From Azolla caroliniana (lineage: Eukaryota; Plantae; Polypodiophyta): a stretch of 64,000 nucleotides of DNA. Below the pieces are notes generated by a model. The model was not told the origin of the DNA, made no database searches, and saw nothing but the letters and a program-made list of their open reading frames with translations. Position numbers and translations under genes: made by a program. This document shows positions 38,490 to 50,674 of this stretch, in pieces. The DNA lies in the NCBI GenBank assembly GCA_043228905.1, contig JBHGNT010000016.1, positions 9,052,001-9,116,000 on the forward strand, written 5' to 3'. Numbering within the stretch: position 1 is the stretch's first letter; every line of letters starts with the position of its first letter.

Positions 38490-38758
38490 GAATGTATGTG
38501 TATGATTGTATGAATGTATGTATGATGGGATAAGTTTGTGCAATGTGTACGATTGTATGAATGTATAAATATTAGTAATATGGATGTATGTATGTGTAAA
38601 AATTGAATAAGTGTGTATGAATGTGTGTTAATGTATGTTTGTATATGTGTATAGTCTTTGATCTTTGAATGTATAAGTATGTGTAAGTGTAATGAAATGG
38701 AGAGTGTAGGTGATCTCATGTAGTGGAAGGAAACTGCGCGTGTGTGTGTGACCAAGAC

Positions 38759-38820
<62 letters not shown>

Positions 38821-38845
38821 TGTGTGTGTGTGTGTGTGTGTGAAC
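38490..38845. repeat. (TG/TA)-rich tract plus perfect (GA)n(GT)n microsatellite
   Basis: Perfect (GA)n at about 38764-38818, followed by (GT)n. Confidence 0.9.
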
Positions 38846-41610
38846 TTAGAGACAAAGAACAAGAAGATGTATTGGCAAGAAACGGTTACAACCAAACATA
38901 CATCCAATTATTTTCTAGGTTACAAAAGAGTTGGTTTAAATACCAACTAACTTAGGGCATTTTCCCTTTCTACTATTTACAAAACTAGCGTGAACCTAGT
39001 GTGTCCATTGCCAATGTGAAAGCCATTACATTGGGCAAGTTGAGTTTGACTCTCAACACGCCCCTTGAAACACAACTTCTAGTCGCCAAAAAGTCTTCTT
39101 GCTATTTGGCTCATTTCGGCTTTAGGAAATCCTCGGCTTTGTGTCCAAATGGTCTGTCGAGTTAGCTTCGACTACTCGACTGGTATATGTTCTCCTTCTT
39201 CTGACTACTTCGTGCTCCTTGTTCAACTAGTCTGTCTGTTCGACTGCTCGTTCGACTCCAATGTTCAGCTTTGTGCTTTGACTCCCCTTGGTCAGTTGTG
39301 TTGCTACTTCGACTACTCCTTTGGTCGATTGTTATTTGACTGTTGCTATGTACTCATCGGTTGTGTTGTACTCCCCCTCAAGCTCAGCAATGCGGCTATC
39401 ATTAGGCCAAGGTCCAATATAAACTGCCTGAGCTTGTCGACTCCTAAGGCTTTTGTGAAGATATCGGTTGCCTGAAGGTTCATGCTTATGTGTTGCAGGT
39501 CGACATCTCCAATTTGAACACACTCTCAGATGAAGTTATAATGCACTTTGATATGCTTTGTGTGTGCGTGGAACACCGGGTTCCGAGCCAGATGAATACT
39601 TCTCTTGTTGTCGTAGTAAAGTGGAATCAAATCCTTGATGGGAACGCTCAAATCCTTCAATATTCTCTTCAGCCAAACAACTTCACATGTTGCGATGGCC
39701 ACACCCCTATATTCAACTTCTGTGCTCAATAGTGCAATTGTCGAATGTTTTTTGCTGCTCCAATAGATAGCTCTGCTACTAAGGGAGAAGCCAAATCTTG
39801 AGGTCGATCGTCTGTCGGCCTTGTAGCCAACCCAATTTGCATCTATGTACCCTTCGAGTCGAACGACCATTTCCGAATTATACATGATGTCGTAATCCAT
39901 CGTCCCACTAACATGCCCGAGTACTCTCTTAGTGCAATCCAGATGAATACTCCGATGTTTCTGCATGAATTGGCTAAGTAGACCGACCGAATAGCTAAGG
40001 TTGGGTCGTGTGATGGTAAGATAGATTAAGCTACTGACCAAATGATGATATTTGAGTTGGCTCACACTCTTCTATCCTAGAGTCAGATCAAGATTTAGGT
40101 TGCGATCGAGAGGGGTTGACACAGGTTTGCACTCTGACATCACGAACTTGTATATTAAGTTGAGGATGTACTGTCGTTGAGAGATCATGATCCCGACTGG
40201 TGTCCGAATTACTTCTATACCGAGGAAGTAATGGAGCTCATGCATGCCTTTCATTTCAAGTCTATTGGATAGGAGGGATTTGACCTTATTGATGTCGGCT
40301 AGATTCTCTCTTTCGATGACTAGATCATCCACATACAGGATGATGACAATCGGGCTTTCGTAACCGCTTCTTACGTAAAGGGAGTTGTCCGATTTCAACA
40401 TTCGAAAGCCAATTTGGTGAAGATACTGAGTAATCTTTGAATGCCAAACACGTGGTGCTTTCTTGAGTCCGTACAACGACTTCTTGAATCGACAGACTGT
40501 GGTTGATTTGAAACCTTGTGGTTGAATCATGAAAACCTCCTCTTCTAGTTCACCTTGAAGAAAGCGTTCTTCACATCCATTTGATGGAGGTGCCACCCTC
40601 GAGCAGTTGCGAGTGCAATGACTATCTGAACAATCATCATCTTCGCCATCGGGGCAAAGTTCTCCTCATAATTAACTCCATGCATTTGTGTGTATCCTCT
40701 TGTTACAAGTCGTGCTTTGTAACAGTTTACCGAACCATCAACATTATATTTCACCTTCTAAATCCACCTGTAGCTGATCACTTTCTTGTGTGGTGAGTGG
40801 GGTATAAGATCCCATGTCTCATTCTTGCATAGCGCATGAATCTCCTTGTTCATGGCTTCGACCCATCACGGGGGTCGGATTGGTCGGACGTTGATACCGT
40901 GAAGCCGATTCATTGAATACGACATCATGACTTACTCGAACCTATTTGGTTTGGGGGTTATAACACTTATGACCCTTCCTCCGCTTCTCCTTCGACACAT
41001 GCACATATGCTATGCTTCTTAACATCCTCAAGTGTGCAAAATTTGGCCTATGCCCAAAATGAAGCCCATGTGGTGACACTCCTTCATTTGCAGACGTCTG
41101 ATTCTGCAAGTAAACGACCGTCCTGACGACTTTGGCTTGGTAAAACTTGGGCATATGCTTCTCTTCAAGCATTGCCCTTGCCGCTTCTTTGATCGTTTGA
41201 TTCGTTTATTCTTTGTTTGCATCTCTTGAAGCTATGGGAAGTTGATGTGGCCGATCCGTTTGTGCCACAGGTCGATGTTCGACTCAACCTTTTGCCCTTT
41301 GGCGAACATAGTGGTGTCAACGTCATTGGTCTCGAGGATAAACATCCTCCCCTCTTTGTGCCCTTGCACAATGATTTAGCCTTCTTCTTCGATAAAGCAC
41401 TTGAGCTGAGTGAACTGAACCTACATCCTCAGATCGACGATCTATCCAATTGATAGCAGGGTCTTGGTGATTGTCGGGACCAACAAGACATTCCTCATTA
41501 TTTCTCTTTGGCCGACATTCTTGGCATAAAAGGCAGACTCCTTCCACTTGGTATCCTTACAAGTGCAAACACGACTGATAGTTAGGGCTTGAGTATATAA
41601 GCTCTCCTAA
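38719..41610 (-). mobile_element. Heavily degraded Ty1/copia element D (relative of B)
   Basis: IN, RT (LYVDD) and RH fragments at 39332-41547. The 3' LTR starts TGTTGAGAGTCAAACTCAAC at 39058 (B: TGTTGAGCGGCAAGCTCAAC). Left boundary uncertain. Confidence 0.8.
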
Positions 41611-41613
41611 CAT

Positions 41614-42270
41614 TGTTGCGAAGATTTTCGGCAACGGTGAGAAAATTACGTAAAAAGGAGAAAACCGAAAGTTTCATGCTTCTCTCACTGTTTTCTTCTC
41701 AGTGAGTTATCCCACATATATATGCAGCTAACATGACTCCCTCTATATAAAGATTCACTTGTCTCATATATATGTACCTAAATACATATATATGAGTATG
41801 TATAACTATGTATATATGTGTGTGTGTGTGTATTCGCTTGAACTTCTTTTTGGTTGACTATTGTTTGGTTGAATCCTATTTCGGCTTTTCGGTTGATTTC
41901 GGCCAACCAACTCTTGTTTCGGAATTTTGACCAATTTCAGCAATCGACTCCCATTTCGGCCTTTCGGTCGATTTCGGTTGCCGACTCTCGTTTTGGCTTT
42001 TTGGACGGTTTCGACCAGCCGACTCTCATTTCGGTTTTCTCGGTCGATTTCGGCCAATGGACTCTCATTTCGGAATTTTGACCGATTTCGGCAACCAACT
42101 CCCATTTCGGCCTTTCGGTCGATTTCGGCTGCCGACTCTTGTTTCGGCTTTTTGGACGATTTCGACCAGCCAACTCTCATTTCGGTTTTCTCGGTCGATT
42201 TCGGCCAATGGACTCTCATTTCAGTTTTTCGATCGACTTCTCCCACAAGGAGGGACAACCTTACATAACA
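41614..42270 (-). repeat. Solo-like LTR related to the copia A LTR, containing a tandem array
   Basis: Minus-strand start TGTTATGTAAGGTTGTCCCTCCTTGTGGG resembles copia A TGTTGTGTAAAGGCGTCCCTCCTTGCGGG; ends ...CGCAACA; no clear TSD. Confidence 0.75.
41875..42237. repeat. Tandem array of ~38-bp monomers with a 151-bp higher-order period
   Basis: TCGGTTTTCTCGGTCGATTTCGGCCAATGGACTCTCATTTC recurs at 42031 and 42182; a GATTTCG core recurs every ~38 bp. Confidence 0.85.
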
Positions 42271-42812
42271 CAATTGACTTACCACAAAGCCAAGTCATTT
42301 CTTAAAAAAGTTGTATTTTCATCATTATACTATTTCATATGTAAATTCTCATACATGAGAGCTTGCATGAGTGCCATGGTTGTCATGCATCACATGTAAT
42401 GCATGAGCGCCAAATGGCAAACATGCATCGCATGCATTGTATGCATGTCTTGCACCCTCACATGCATCATATGCATGGGGGCATCTATAAAAGAGTGGAG
42501 AAAGAAAAAAAAAGGAAAAGGGGGAAGGAATCAATCAATTGATCAAGGAAGCTATGTACTGAATCAAGAAATTAATAACAAGAAATCTAATTATCTTTTT
42601 GGTGATGTATCTTGTCTCTTAAAATTGAAATCTCTTTCTCAATCTCTCTCTCAATTTGTCTCATAATTGGAATCTCCATCTCTCCATCTCTTCGTCTCTA
42701 TCATAAATACTTTCTCGCTAAAGCTAGTACAACCTTCAAATCCTTCTGTCCAGGAATCCGATGGTCCCGCTTCATTTTTGTGAACACGTGAGGATTTCCT
42801 CGATATATTATT

Positions 42813-42830
42813 TGGTGAACCTAATGTGAA
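42813..42830 (+). promoter_or_regulatory. Degenerate tRNA-Trp primer-binding site of E
   Basis: TGGTGAACCTAATGTGAA versus recalled plant tRNA-Trp complement TGGTGAACCCGACGTGAA; the three mismatches are CpG-type transitions. Confidence 0.65.
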
Positions 42831-45800
42831 GAAATGGTAGGAAGGATCAAGATGAGGATCGATCGATACTTGGAGATAGCATCCTCAAGCAATCAAGCGG
42901 GAGAGTTCGAAAGGATGATGAGAATCGTCGAACAAATGATGAGATCTCGGGACAGGAAGAAAAAATGATGCAAGTGTGGAGAAGGCTGTCGATCGTGTCG
43001 TGGAGGTCGTCGGTCAATTTGATGGAAGGAACATTACGAAGTTCCGTGATGCATACAAAAGGGAGATGAATCAAAAGGACGTGTCTGAAGCACGTCAAAT
43101 CGCAAGTTTCAAGAGAGTTTTCGCCAACAACGTCCAAAGGCGGGTTATCGAGCTTCAAGAATGGAAGACAACATGGACAGAGTTCGAGAAAGGAATATTA
43201 GTAGAATTCGTGACGGAAGATTTGTCGAGGATGACTCGACATGTCTTGATGAAGTGGATAGAGAAGAAGAATAAGAAGATGAGCGCCTCGAGGGTGTACG
43301 ATGAGTTCGACTAGATGTTTAGTCATCTCCCCGCCACTGACCAAGTGCTACTTGAGGAGGACAAAACTTTGTACTTCCTAAAAGCTATGGATATGAAGGA
43401 TAGACGGGAATTGGGTATTCTCCTCGAAGATGACACCCAAGCGAACGGACTTGTGGTAGATTGGACTACGGTGAAGTGAGCATGCAACTAGCTTGACAAG
43501 CGTCGTCAATGGGTTGATGACACTGACTTGGTAGGATTGAGCGGGGAGAAAACGAGACGACCAAAAGTGGCTAAGCCACCCAAACAAAGCAACCCGGAAG
43601 AAAAGAAGATTGATGATGACATCATCGAAGAACTAGCAAAGAAGTTCAAAATGGTCATGCTAGTGAACATGAACCGTTGGGGCCCGAAAGGAAAAGAACC
43701 CTTTAGATGTGTGTGGTGCGACAACATGGACCACATGAGAAGGGCGTGCGCGAGCCTTCAAGAGGCCATCTGACAAAATATTGTATACATGGATGACAAC
43801 ATGATCTGTTCGAGTGAAACTCGAAGACCATTGTGGGTGAATTTTGGAAGAGGGGGAATGAAGAAAGCCATGGAAGATGCTAAGGCGACTCATGTGGATG
43901 TGATGCACTATGTTGCATCAACCAGAATAAGAGTCGGGAAAGATAAAAATGAAGTTGCTAGAATAGGAACAAAGTTTTGGTCTTCTGTTCTCAAGTGTAA
44001 GAAGAATGGAAAAGTTACTTCGAACGATGTAGAGCTAGCGGACCAAAGTGTACAAAGTATCACCGGATGGTCGGATCTGGTTGATGACAACACGTTACTC
44101 GCGGAAGTGATGTGTGACAACCATGAGGTGTTCGTGGATGAAAAGAGAAAAAGAATGGAAGGGCAACATAGCCCATGAAAAAGAAGATGCAGAAGCAAGT
44201 CGAGCTTTACAACGGAGGATGGAGACTCAAGCCGGAAAGGGGAGTCAAGCAAACGAGTCGAAGAATTGGTTCGGCCCATGAGGGTTGATGTAGAAGACCC
44301 CGTTCGGAAGACCAGAACTATGCCTACCTATGAACTAAGGTCGGACATAAAATATATGATAGACCTGAAGAATATTCTCGAGGAACGTGTTCTTGATAGC
44401 CACATGACCTTGTCCTTGAGGGAATTGCTCGGCATTACGAAGAAGGAGTTCCATGATACGATTGTGGACCTCGTAAAGAGAAAAAAAGCAACAGTAGGAC
44501 GAGGAAGAAGAGAAGCCACTAAAAGCAAAAGCAAATGCCATAACGATGGAAAGGGATGAAGTTGATGAAGATATGGTGGACAACCACTATACTCGGCCTC
44601 ATTGGGCACGAGCGACGACGAAGATGCTAGTAAAGTTGGGAGAGAGAAAAGAGATAGTTGTAGCTTTAATAGACCATGGGTCCAAGATCAACCTTATGTC
44701 GATTGAGGTTTACAAAAAGGGAAGATGACCCATAAATACAAATCATCGATGGAAGATTCGTGCGGCTACGAAAGCTACCAAAGACTTGTATGGGGCATGT
44801 CCTAGTATCCCCATCACAATTGGCGATGTCGAGAAAGATCAACATTTTTTTGTTCAAGATTCGGCGTCCCATCCTATCATTCTTGGGTAACCATACATAA
44901 CATCATCCCAGATGGAAACCAAAGTGTTCGATAATGGTGCGACATTTGCTCGAGTAAGGAGTCTCGATGGGAAGAAGGCCGTACAGTTCTTGATTGTACC
45001 TGCCAACCACGAAAGGAATTAGGATTGTCTCGGAGAAGATGCTTTGGATTTTTAGGGTGGGCTATTTGCGAGGGGGGCGTGAATAGTCCAAACAAATGTA
45101 TGCCCCAAGAAGAAAGAAAAGTTCGTGAATTTGCGAAAGGAGGGTTGCGCGTGGCCCCTAATGGAGTGTGCAAAATCAACACATTCGATAAAGAAGAGAA
45201 GTTTTGGATGCAAAGCTTCGAGGAAGCTTTAAGAGAAGAACAAATATTGGAAAGTGATGAAAGCATCAAATGGGTAATGGAGGAAGCCTCATTTAACGAC
45301 ACCATTGGTGAAATGGAGAATGTCGAGAACTTGAGCCCTCATAGCCAGCGATCAATACAGATAAACTCCATCAACATGTACATTGCCATCAACGAGTATA
45401 GTCGAAGTATCATGGCAGAGAAAATCGAAGTCAATACGAAATACAAGACGATGGACAAGAAAGTAAAACCTGTTGCTATTCCGCTACCTGAGGATAGCTG
45501 GTTAAGAATGAAGGAAGTTGTGTGGGATCCAACCTTACGGGACCCGAGAGGAATTGGACATGCCTTCACTAAAGAGACAAGAGAAAAGCTTCATGTCGAG
45601 AAAGATGAATTTCTCTTGCCAGAAGAGGAAGCCACATTTCGGGAAATGCTTAAAAGACATGGGAAAGCATTTGCTTTCTATCTGAATGAAATCGGATGCG
45701 CCGATCCGAAGATAATAGAACCGATGGTAATATTCACAATACCACATGTGTCGTGGAACCTAAAGCTTATACCAGTCCCAAGAAGGTCCATTTATTGTAT

Positions 45801-47113
45801 TGGTGATCTCTACTCAGGCTACAATCAGTTTCAACTAGCAGTCGACAGCAGAGACATCACAACAATTAGGACTCCGATTGGATTGGTATGGATGTACACC
45901 TTACCTCAAGGTGCAACCAACTCTGTAGCACACATGGTAAATGCTATGAACAAAGTACTAAGAGACTACATCCCAGATATTACAATGCCTTTCCTCGATG
46001 ATATACCTATAAAAGGGTGCCCTGAATCAGAAAAGGACGAGTGTTTAGATCAAGATGGATGTCAAAGGTTTGTTTCAAACCATATTGAAGATTGCGAGAG
46101 AGTGTTACAAAGACTAGAGGAGCCGGGCTCACATTTTCCGGACAAAGTCGGCATTCAGCCAACACGAGGTCCTAGTAGTGGGACATCTTTGCGGACCATA
46201 TGGACGGAAACCCTCTCTTGAGAAGGTGAATGTTATTCAATAGATGCGAGAAGAATGTGTATCCCAGATAGAGGTGCGAAGATTCTTGGGAGCGTATGCC
46301 TTTTATCATATATGGATTCCGCATTATGCTCATGTCGCCGAGCCATTATATGGATTACTAAAGAAAAGAAAGAAGTTCGAATGGCAAGAGGAGAATACAA
46401 GCGCGATGCGAAGATTGAAGAAACTACTTCTTGAAGCTCCCGCGCTAACAAAGGCCGACTATACTGAAGGAAAGCCGATTTATGTGATTGTGGTTACGAG
46501 CCCAACCGGAATCGGGTGGGTCATCAACCAAGAAGGAGAAGATAGTGCATGGTATGCCATCTGGTTCGGAGCAAAGGTCCGCATCGAACGACAACAAGGA
46601 TATGCCCAAGTCAAGCGGGAACTTTGGGTATTGTGTCTGCGATGAAGGTAGACAAAGAATACCCAATTGGGTCAAAAGTGATAATTGAGACGGATTGTCT
46701 CCCAATCCTCGGGATGATCTCAGGGTGTGTGGCACCAGATTTGGTTATGCTGCGATGAAGGTAGACAAAGAATACCTGATTGGGTCAAAAGTGATAATTG
46801 AGACGGATTGTCTCCCAATCCACGGGATGATCTTAGGGTGTGTGGCACCAGATCTGGTTATGCTAAGGTGGATCGCCTATATCAAGTCTTTGAACCTAGA
46901 AATCTGCCACATTGTAGGAAAGAACAACGTCATGGGAGACATGCTGTCAAGAGCAAGATTCGAGAATGAAAGTGACATGGTTTCGGAAGATGAAGACGTC
47001 ACCCTCGACTTCTTCAAGACGGCGCGACTGTCAGCGAAAGACAAGGACATGCCAAACCTCCACGCCTTCAACGAGAATGAGAACGAGTACGAGGGAGAGT
47101 GGTTACTGATCGG

Positions 47114-47532
47114 TGTTATTCTCTGATCGGACAAGGCCTAACACAAGGTGTCACGAAGACACTTCACCAAAGGGTGATTACGGCATAGGATTAAGATTCA
47201 ACGATTACACCGACTTACGTAGGTTACACGATTAGAGTGCTTTGGTTAATTACACGCGTAAGATATAACAGTAATTACAGAACGGAAATCAACACAGAAG
47301 TATAAACACCATACGCTCTATTAATTATCCGCTGCGATTACAATGGGGTCCGGGCCTTTAAATAGGTTTCCGGCCCGTAGTACAAAATGGTGCATATCGC
47401 ACCTATTCGGGATCCGTCCGGATCTGGAACGGCATACCGTTTCCAGTCCGTCCGTCCATACTATGCTTATTTACAACCATACTTAATTAATTCCTTCACT
47501 CCGTATTTTGGACTCCTTGCCGGCCGGTAACA
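47114..47532 (-). repeat. 3' LTR of F (relative to gag sense)
   Basis: TGTTATTCTC...CGGTAACA; direct repeat of 50675-51093. Confidence 0.95.
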
Positions 47533-47534
47533 CA

Positions 47535-47572
47535 TGGCACGCCCGTGGGACAGTACCTTGTACGTCGAACCC
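47535..47572 (+). promoter_or_regulatory. Second, antisense tRNA-Arg(UCU)-type PBS occupying the PPT position of F
   Basis: TGGCACGCCCGTGGGAC, a 13-nt hairpin, then TCGAACCC; starts 2 nt inside the LTR. Matches the recalled tRNA complement TGGCACGCCCGGTGGGACTCGAACCC. Confidence 0.75.
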
Positions 47573-47584
47573 TTCTCGGCCCCT

Positions 47585-48620
47585 TCATTGTTCACCCAAA
47601 TTGTCCAAAATACTTTGTTCCAGAGTTTCCACTTGTTCTTCCGGTTGTGGTTGTTGCGGCTGTGCTTGCTGCTGCTGCTGTGGTTGCGGTTGGGACTGAG
47701 GCTGTTCCGGCTGCTCTATAGGCGGCTGCTCCGTTTGTTTCTCTGACTCCGGCTGCTCCGTTTGTCTCTCTGACTCCGGCATCTCCGTTTGACTGCTTCC
47801 GGTCCGGTCTCCTTCCAGTAACGGTTCCTCATCACTGAGATTGACCGTTACTGGTTCTCGTGCTTTCTCTTCCCGGATCCGGGACCTCTCGTAGCTTTCA
47901 AACTGGATCTGCGCCTCCAGCCTGTCGTCGTCCAGCTGAGCTACAAGTTGCCGGACTTGCCCTAGTTGGTCCTCTGCCAAGGCTTGAAAGTCTTCGGCCA
48001 GCTCATCTCTTATGCCGGTGAAGTCTTCGGAAGTCAGCATATAGCAATCATCTCCCTCCTTCCGCCGGTTCTCTACGTCGGCCCGGAGCAATTGGAGTTC
48101 CGCCGCGTTCGTGGCCCACTTGGTCCACCATTTGACGGAACCGTTGTCAATCAAGCTCTTGGTCTGGTTCAACCATGCCCGCATGATATCCTGGATGCGA
48201 CTTGCTCCCATTTGCGCTCTACTTTCCACAACTTGTCGTTCCTCCTTCAACTGCTTAATGAGATTAGCCGTATCCTCCGCCTGCTCTCTGTAGCGCGTCA
48301 GCTGCCCTTGATATGTTGTTTGCAGCCTCTGCAGTACCTCCGCCGCTCTTTCTTTTTCCGCCTGTTGTTGCCTGAGGAGCTCTGTCCGAACCTTCTCCGC
48401 CTCTTCCAACCGTCTTCTGGTTTCCGCTTGTTCCTTAGCGTATGCCGTTGCGGTCCGATCAACTGCTTGCCGGAGCTCATCTGTCCGTTCCTTGTGCTCC
48501 GTTTGCAACCGTTTATACTCCCGGTGCAAGTGCTCAAATTCCTCCGTTTTTTGTTTGAGCTTGCCGTTGATCTGGCGATGGTTCCGGTCCTCCCGGTCCT
48601 TTACCTGCCAGAGTTCCTTT
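47585..48620 (-). CDS. Coiled-coil, Q/E-rich extra ORF of F (5'-truncated, no upstream ATG start)
   Basis: Open frame of ~340 codons; heptad-like E/Q/R-rich N-half and PEQPQ repeats at the C-terminus. The listed start is a TTG. Confidence 0.6.
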
Positions 48621-50555
48621 CATTGGCTTCCTTCACCCATTCCGTCGCCTGTTTTCGTATGACCTCTTGTGTTTCCCACTCTTTGGCCATGCCTTTCGAC
48701 CGTGTGGTTACTTGCTGTATATCCGCCACTTCCGGAACCACCATATTAACTGCTGGTCGTTTATCGTAGCTCTTTGCCGGGCACTGGTTACTGTAGTGGC
48801 CTTCCTGCCTGCAGTAATAGCAGTACTCTTTACGGGTATTGCTGGATTCAGCATTGCTGGTATCCGGAGTCAGTCCCGTAGTGAGTGGTGCGTTCTGTGC
48901 CGGTTGGCTCCTTGGGGTTCCATGTTCCGGGTCCCTAGTGTGACCACCTTTCTTGAAATTACGTTTCTTATTATTCTTATTTTTATTTCGGTAGTCCGGT
49001 CGTGGTGGATCGTAAAATCGGCCGTAGTCCTCCTGGTGCCTTCGGTAACCAGGGGAATGGTCTCTGTCGTATTGCTCGTGTCGTCTGTTGGACTCCCGAT
49101 AACGGTCCAATCGCTCATACCGGTCGTAGTTATCATGCCGATTCCCGTACCGGCCATCATTCTCTTGTCTGTCTCCGTACCGGACATCCTGTGCCGGTCG
49201 GTACCGGTTCATTCTTTGCCAATGATCGTCATCTTCGTCTCGGCTGCTTCTTGGCTCGATCCGTCGGACGGGTGGTGCTTGTCGGTTTAACAGGTTATAC
49301 TCGCACCGGTCCGTTGTATGACTCTTGGATTGACAAATCACACACTGGGTTCGCATGGTGCACTCCACTGCCGAGTGTCCGGCATTCAAGCAGATTGTGC
49401 ATTGAATTGCCTGCCGGAACCGGAGATCTTCCTCGGTGGGTAACGCCCGTTGCAGTGTTCCCAGTGTAAGCCATGAGCTTGACTTTTCCATTTCTCTGAC
49501 CCGGTCAATGACCTGGTCAATGGTGCTTCCTCGAAAGTCGATTACCGTACACACCGTGCGTAACGGTTCCCGGAGTGCGTTTAAAAATATCGTCCGTAAT
49601 TCCTCCTCCGGGGGTGCACGGGCAAGCTGGCTATGCATTCGTTGGAAACGGATGACGAATTGGGGAATGCTTTCCCCTGCCTCCTGTCGGATCGTATAAA
49701 ACAGGCCCACCATTGTCGTCTGGTCGACCTCCTTGTGGAAAAAATGCAAGAATTTTGCTTTTAATTCTGCAAAGGTTGTGATGGTCGCCGGGTCCTGCGT
49801 CCGCCGCCATCGTGTCGCTGGTCCTTCCAACGTGACCCCGAATTCCGCTATCTTCGAGCGTTCTTCTTCCTCCGGTGTCATTCGCTGGGACGTGTGATTT
49901 GCTTCCCATGTCTGCTCGAAGGCATGAACATGCGCTTCCGCGTCCGGATCATCGCGATACTTTGAGTATTGGAACGGCATGTCGTCGTCCAGTATTAGGC
50001 CGCGGTTTAGTGGCGTTTGTTGATATCTTTCCGGTTTTCTCTCCGGTTCCACTTCCGGTTGTTTTGCCGGTGCTTTTTCCGGTTCCTCTTCCGGTTCTTT
50101 TTCCGGTTCTTTCACCGGCTCGTCTTCCGGTACCTTCGCCGACTCTTTCGTTGGTGTCGGTGGCTTTGCTTCTTCCACTTCCGGTGTTGGTGGGTTGACG
50201 GCTTCCGTTTGCGGTTCGGGATAGCCCTGGTCGAGCGGTTCCGGTTCTGGAGTCGGCACGGTATCCGACCCGTTGTCCTCCGGGCCGCCGGGGGTATCGT
50301 TGCTGCTCCGTAGTTCGTGTGCACGCTGTATCCCCCTTCGGAATCCGATTCGTAGGCTGAAAAGGCTTCTGCCTCGTTTTCTCCGCTTGCCAGCGCCTCC
50401 AGGAGGCGTTCGGTTTCCCGGAGACTACTTAGACTGCTTCCGTCGTCCTGGTCGCGAGTTTGCTGTAACCGAAGAGATTCCTCCGCGACTCTCCGGATCT
50501 CGTTGGAGAACGAACGATCCGAGCGAATTTCGTGCGCTGCTTGCTGGAAAGTCAT
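48601..50555 (-). CDS. Gag of F: capsid-like domain plus three CCHC zinc knuckles, with a probable 5' frameshift
   Basis: ORF 48601-50259 (LEGPATRW, IRQEAGESIPQF; CTICLNAGHSAVEC, CVICQSKSHTTDRC, CYYCRQEGHYSNQC; VTTRSK) plus overlapping ATG ORF 50112-50555. Confidence 0.85.
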
Positions 50556-50655
50556 CCATTACCGTCGTTCGCTGCGAGGCGTCGAGCTCGGTTTGTAACC
50601 AGGTCGTGCGTTGGTCTAGTCATCCATTACCGTCGTTCGCTGCGAGAAAGCAGGA

Positions 50656-50668
50656 ATCGTGGTCGCCA
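50656..50668 (-). promoter_or_regulatory. Sense PBS of F (tRNA-Arg CCG/UCG type)
   Basis: TGGCGACCACGAT on the minus strand, 6 nt after the 5' LTR and upstream of gag. Confidence 0.8.
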
Positions 50669-50674
50669 AAACTG

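Noticed and set aside
41875-42237. CRISPR-like regular ~38-bp repeats
   Set aside because: Contiguous diverged monomers with no unique spacers or cas genes, inside a eukaryotic LTR.
47570-47589. Purine-rich AATGAAGGGGCCGAGAAGGG (minus strand) as the PPT of F
   Set aside because: Interrupted by pyrimidines and ends ~37 nt from the LTR, so it cannot define the LTR boundary as a canonical PPT does; a vestigial role is not excluded.
47966-49469. Long + strand ORFs in F as possible antisense genes
   Set aside because: Non-ATG starts and L/F/R-rich shadow frames of GC-rich minus-strand ORFs; no recognisable motifs.
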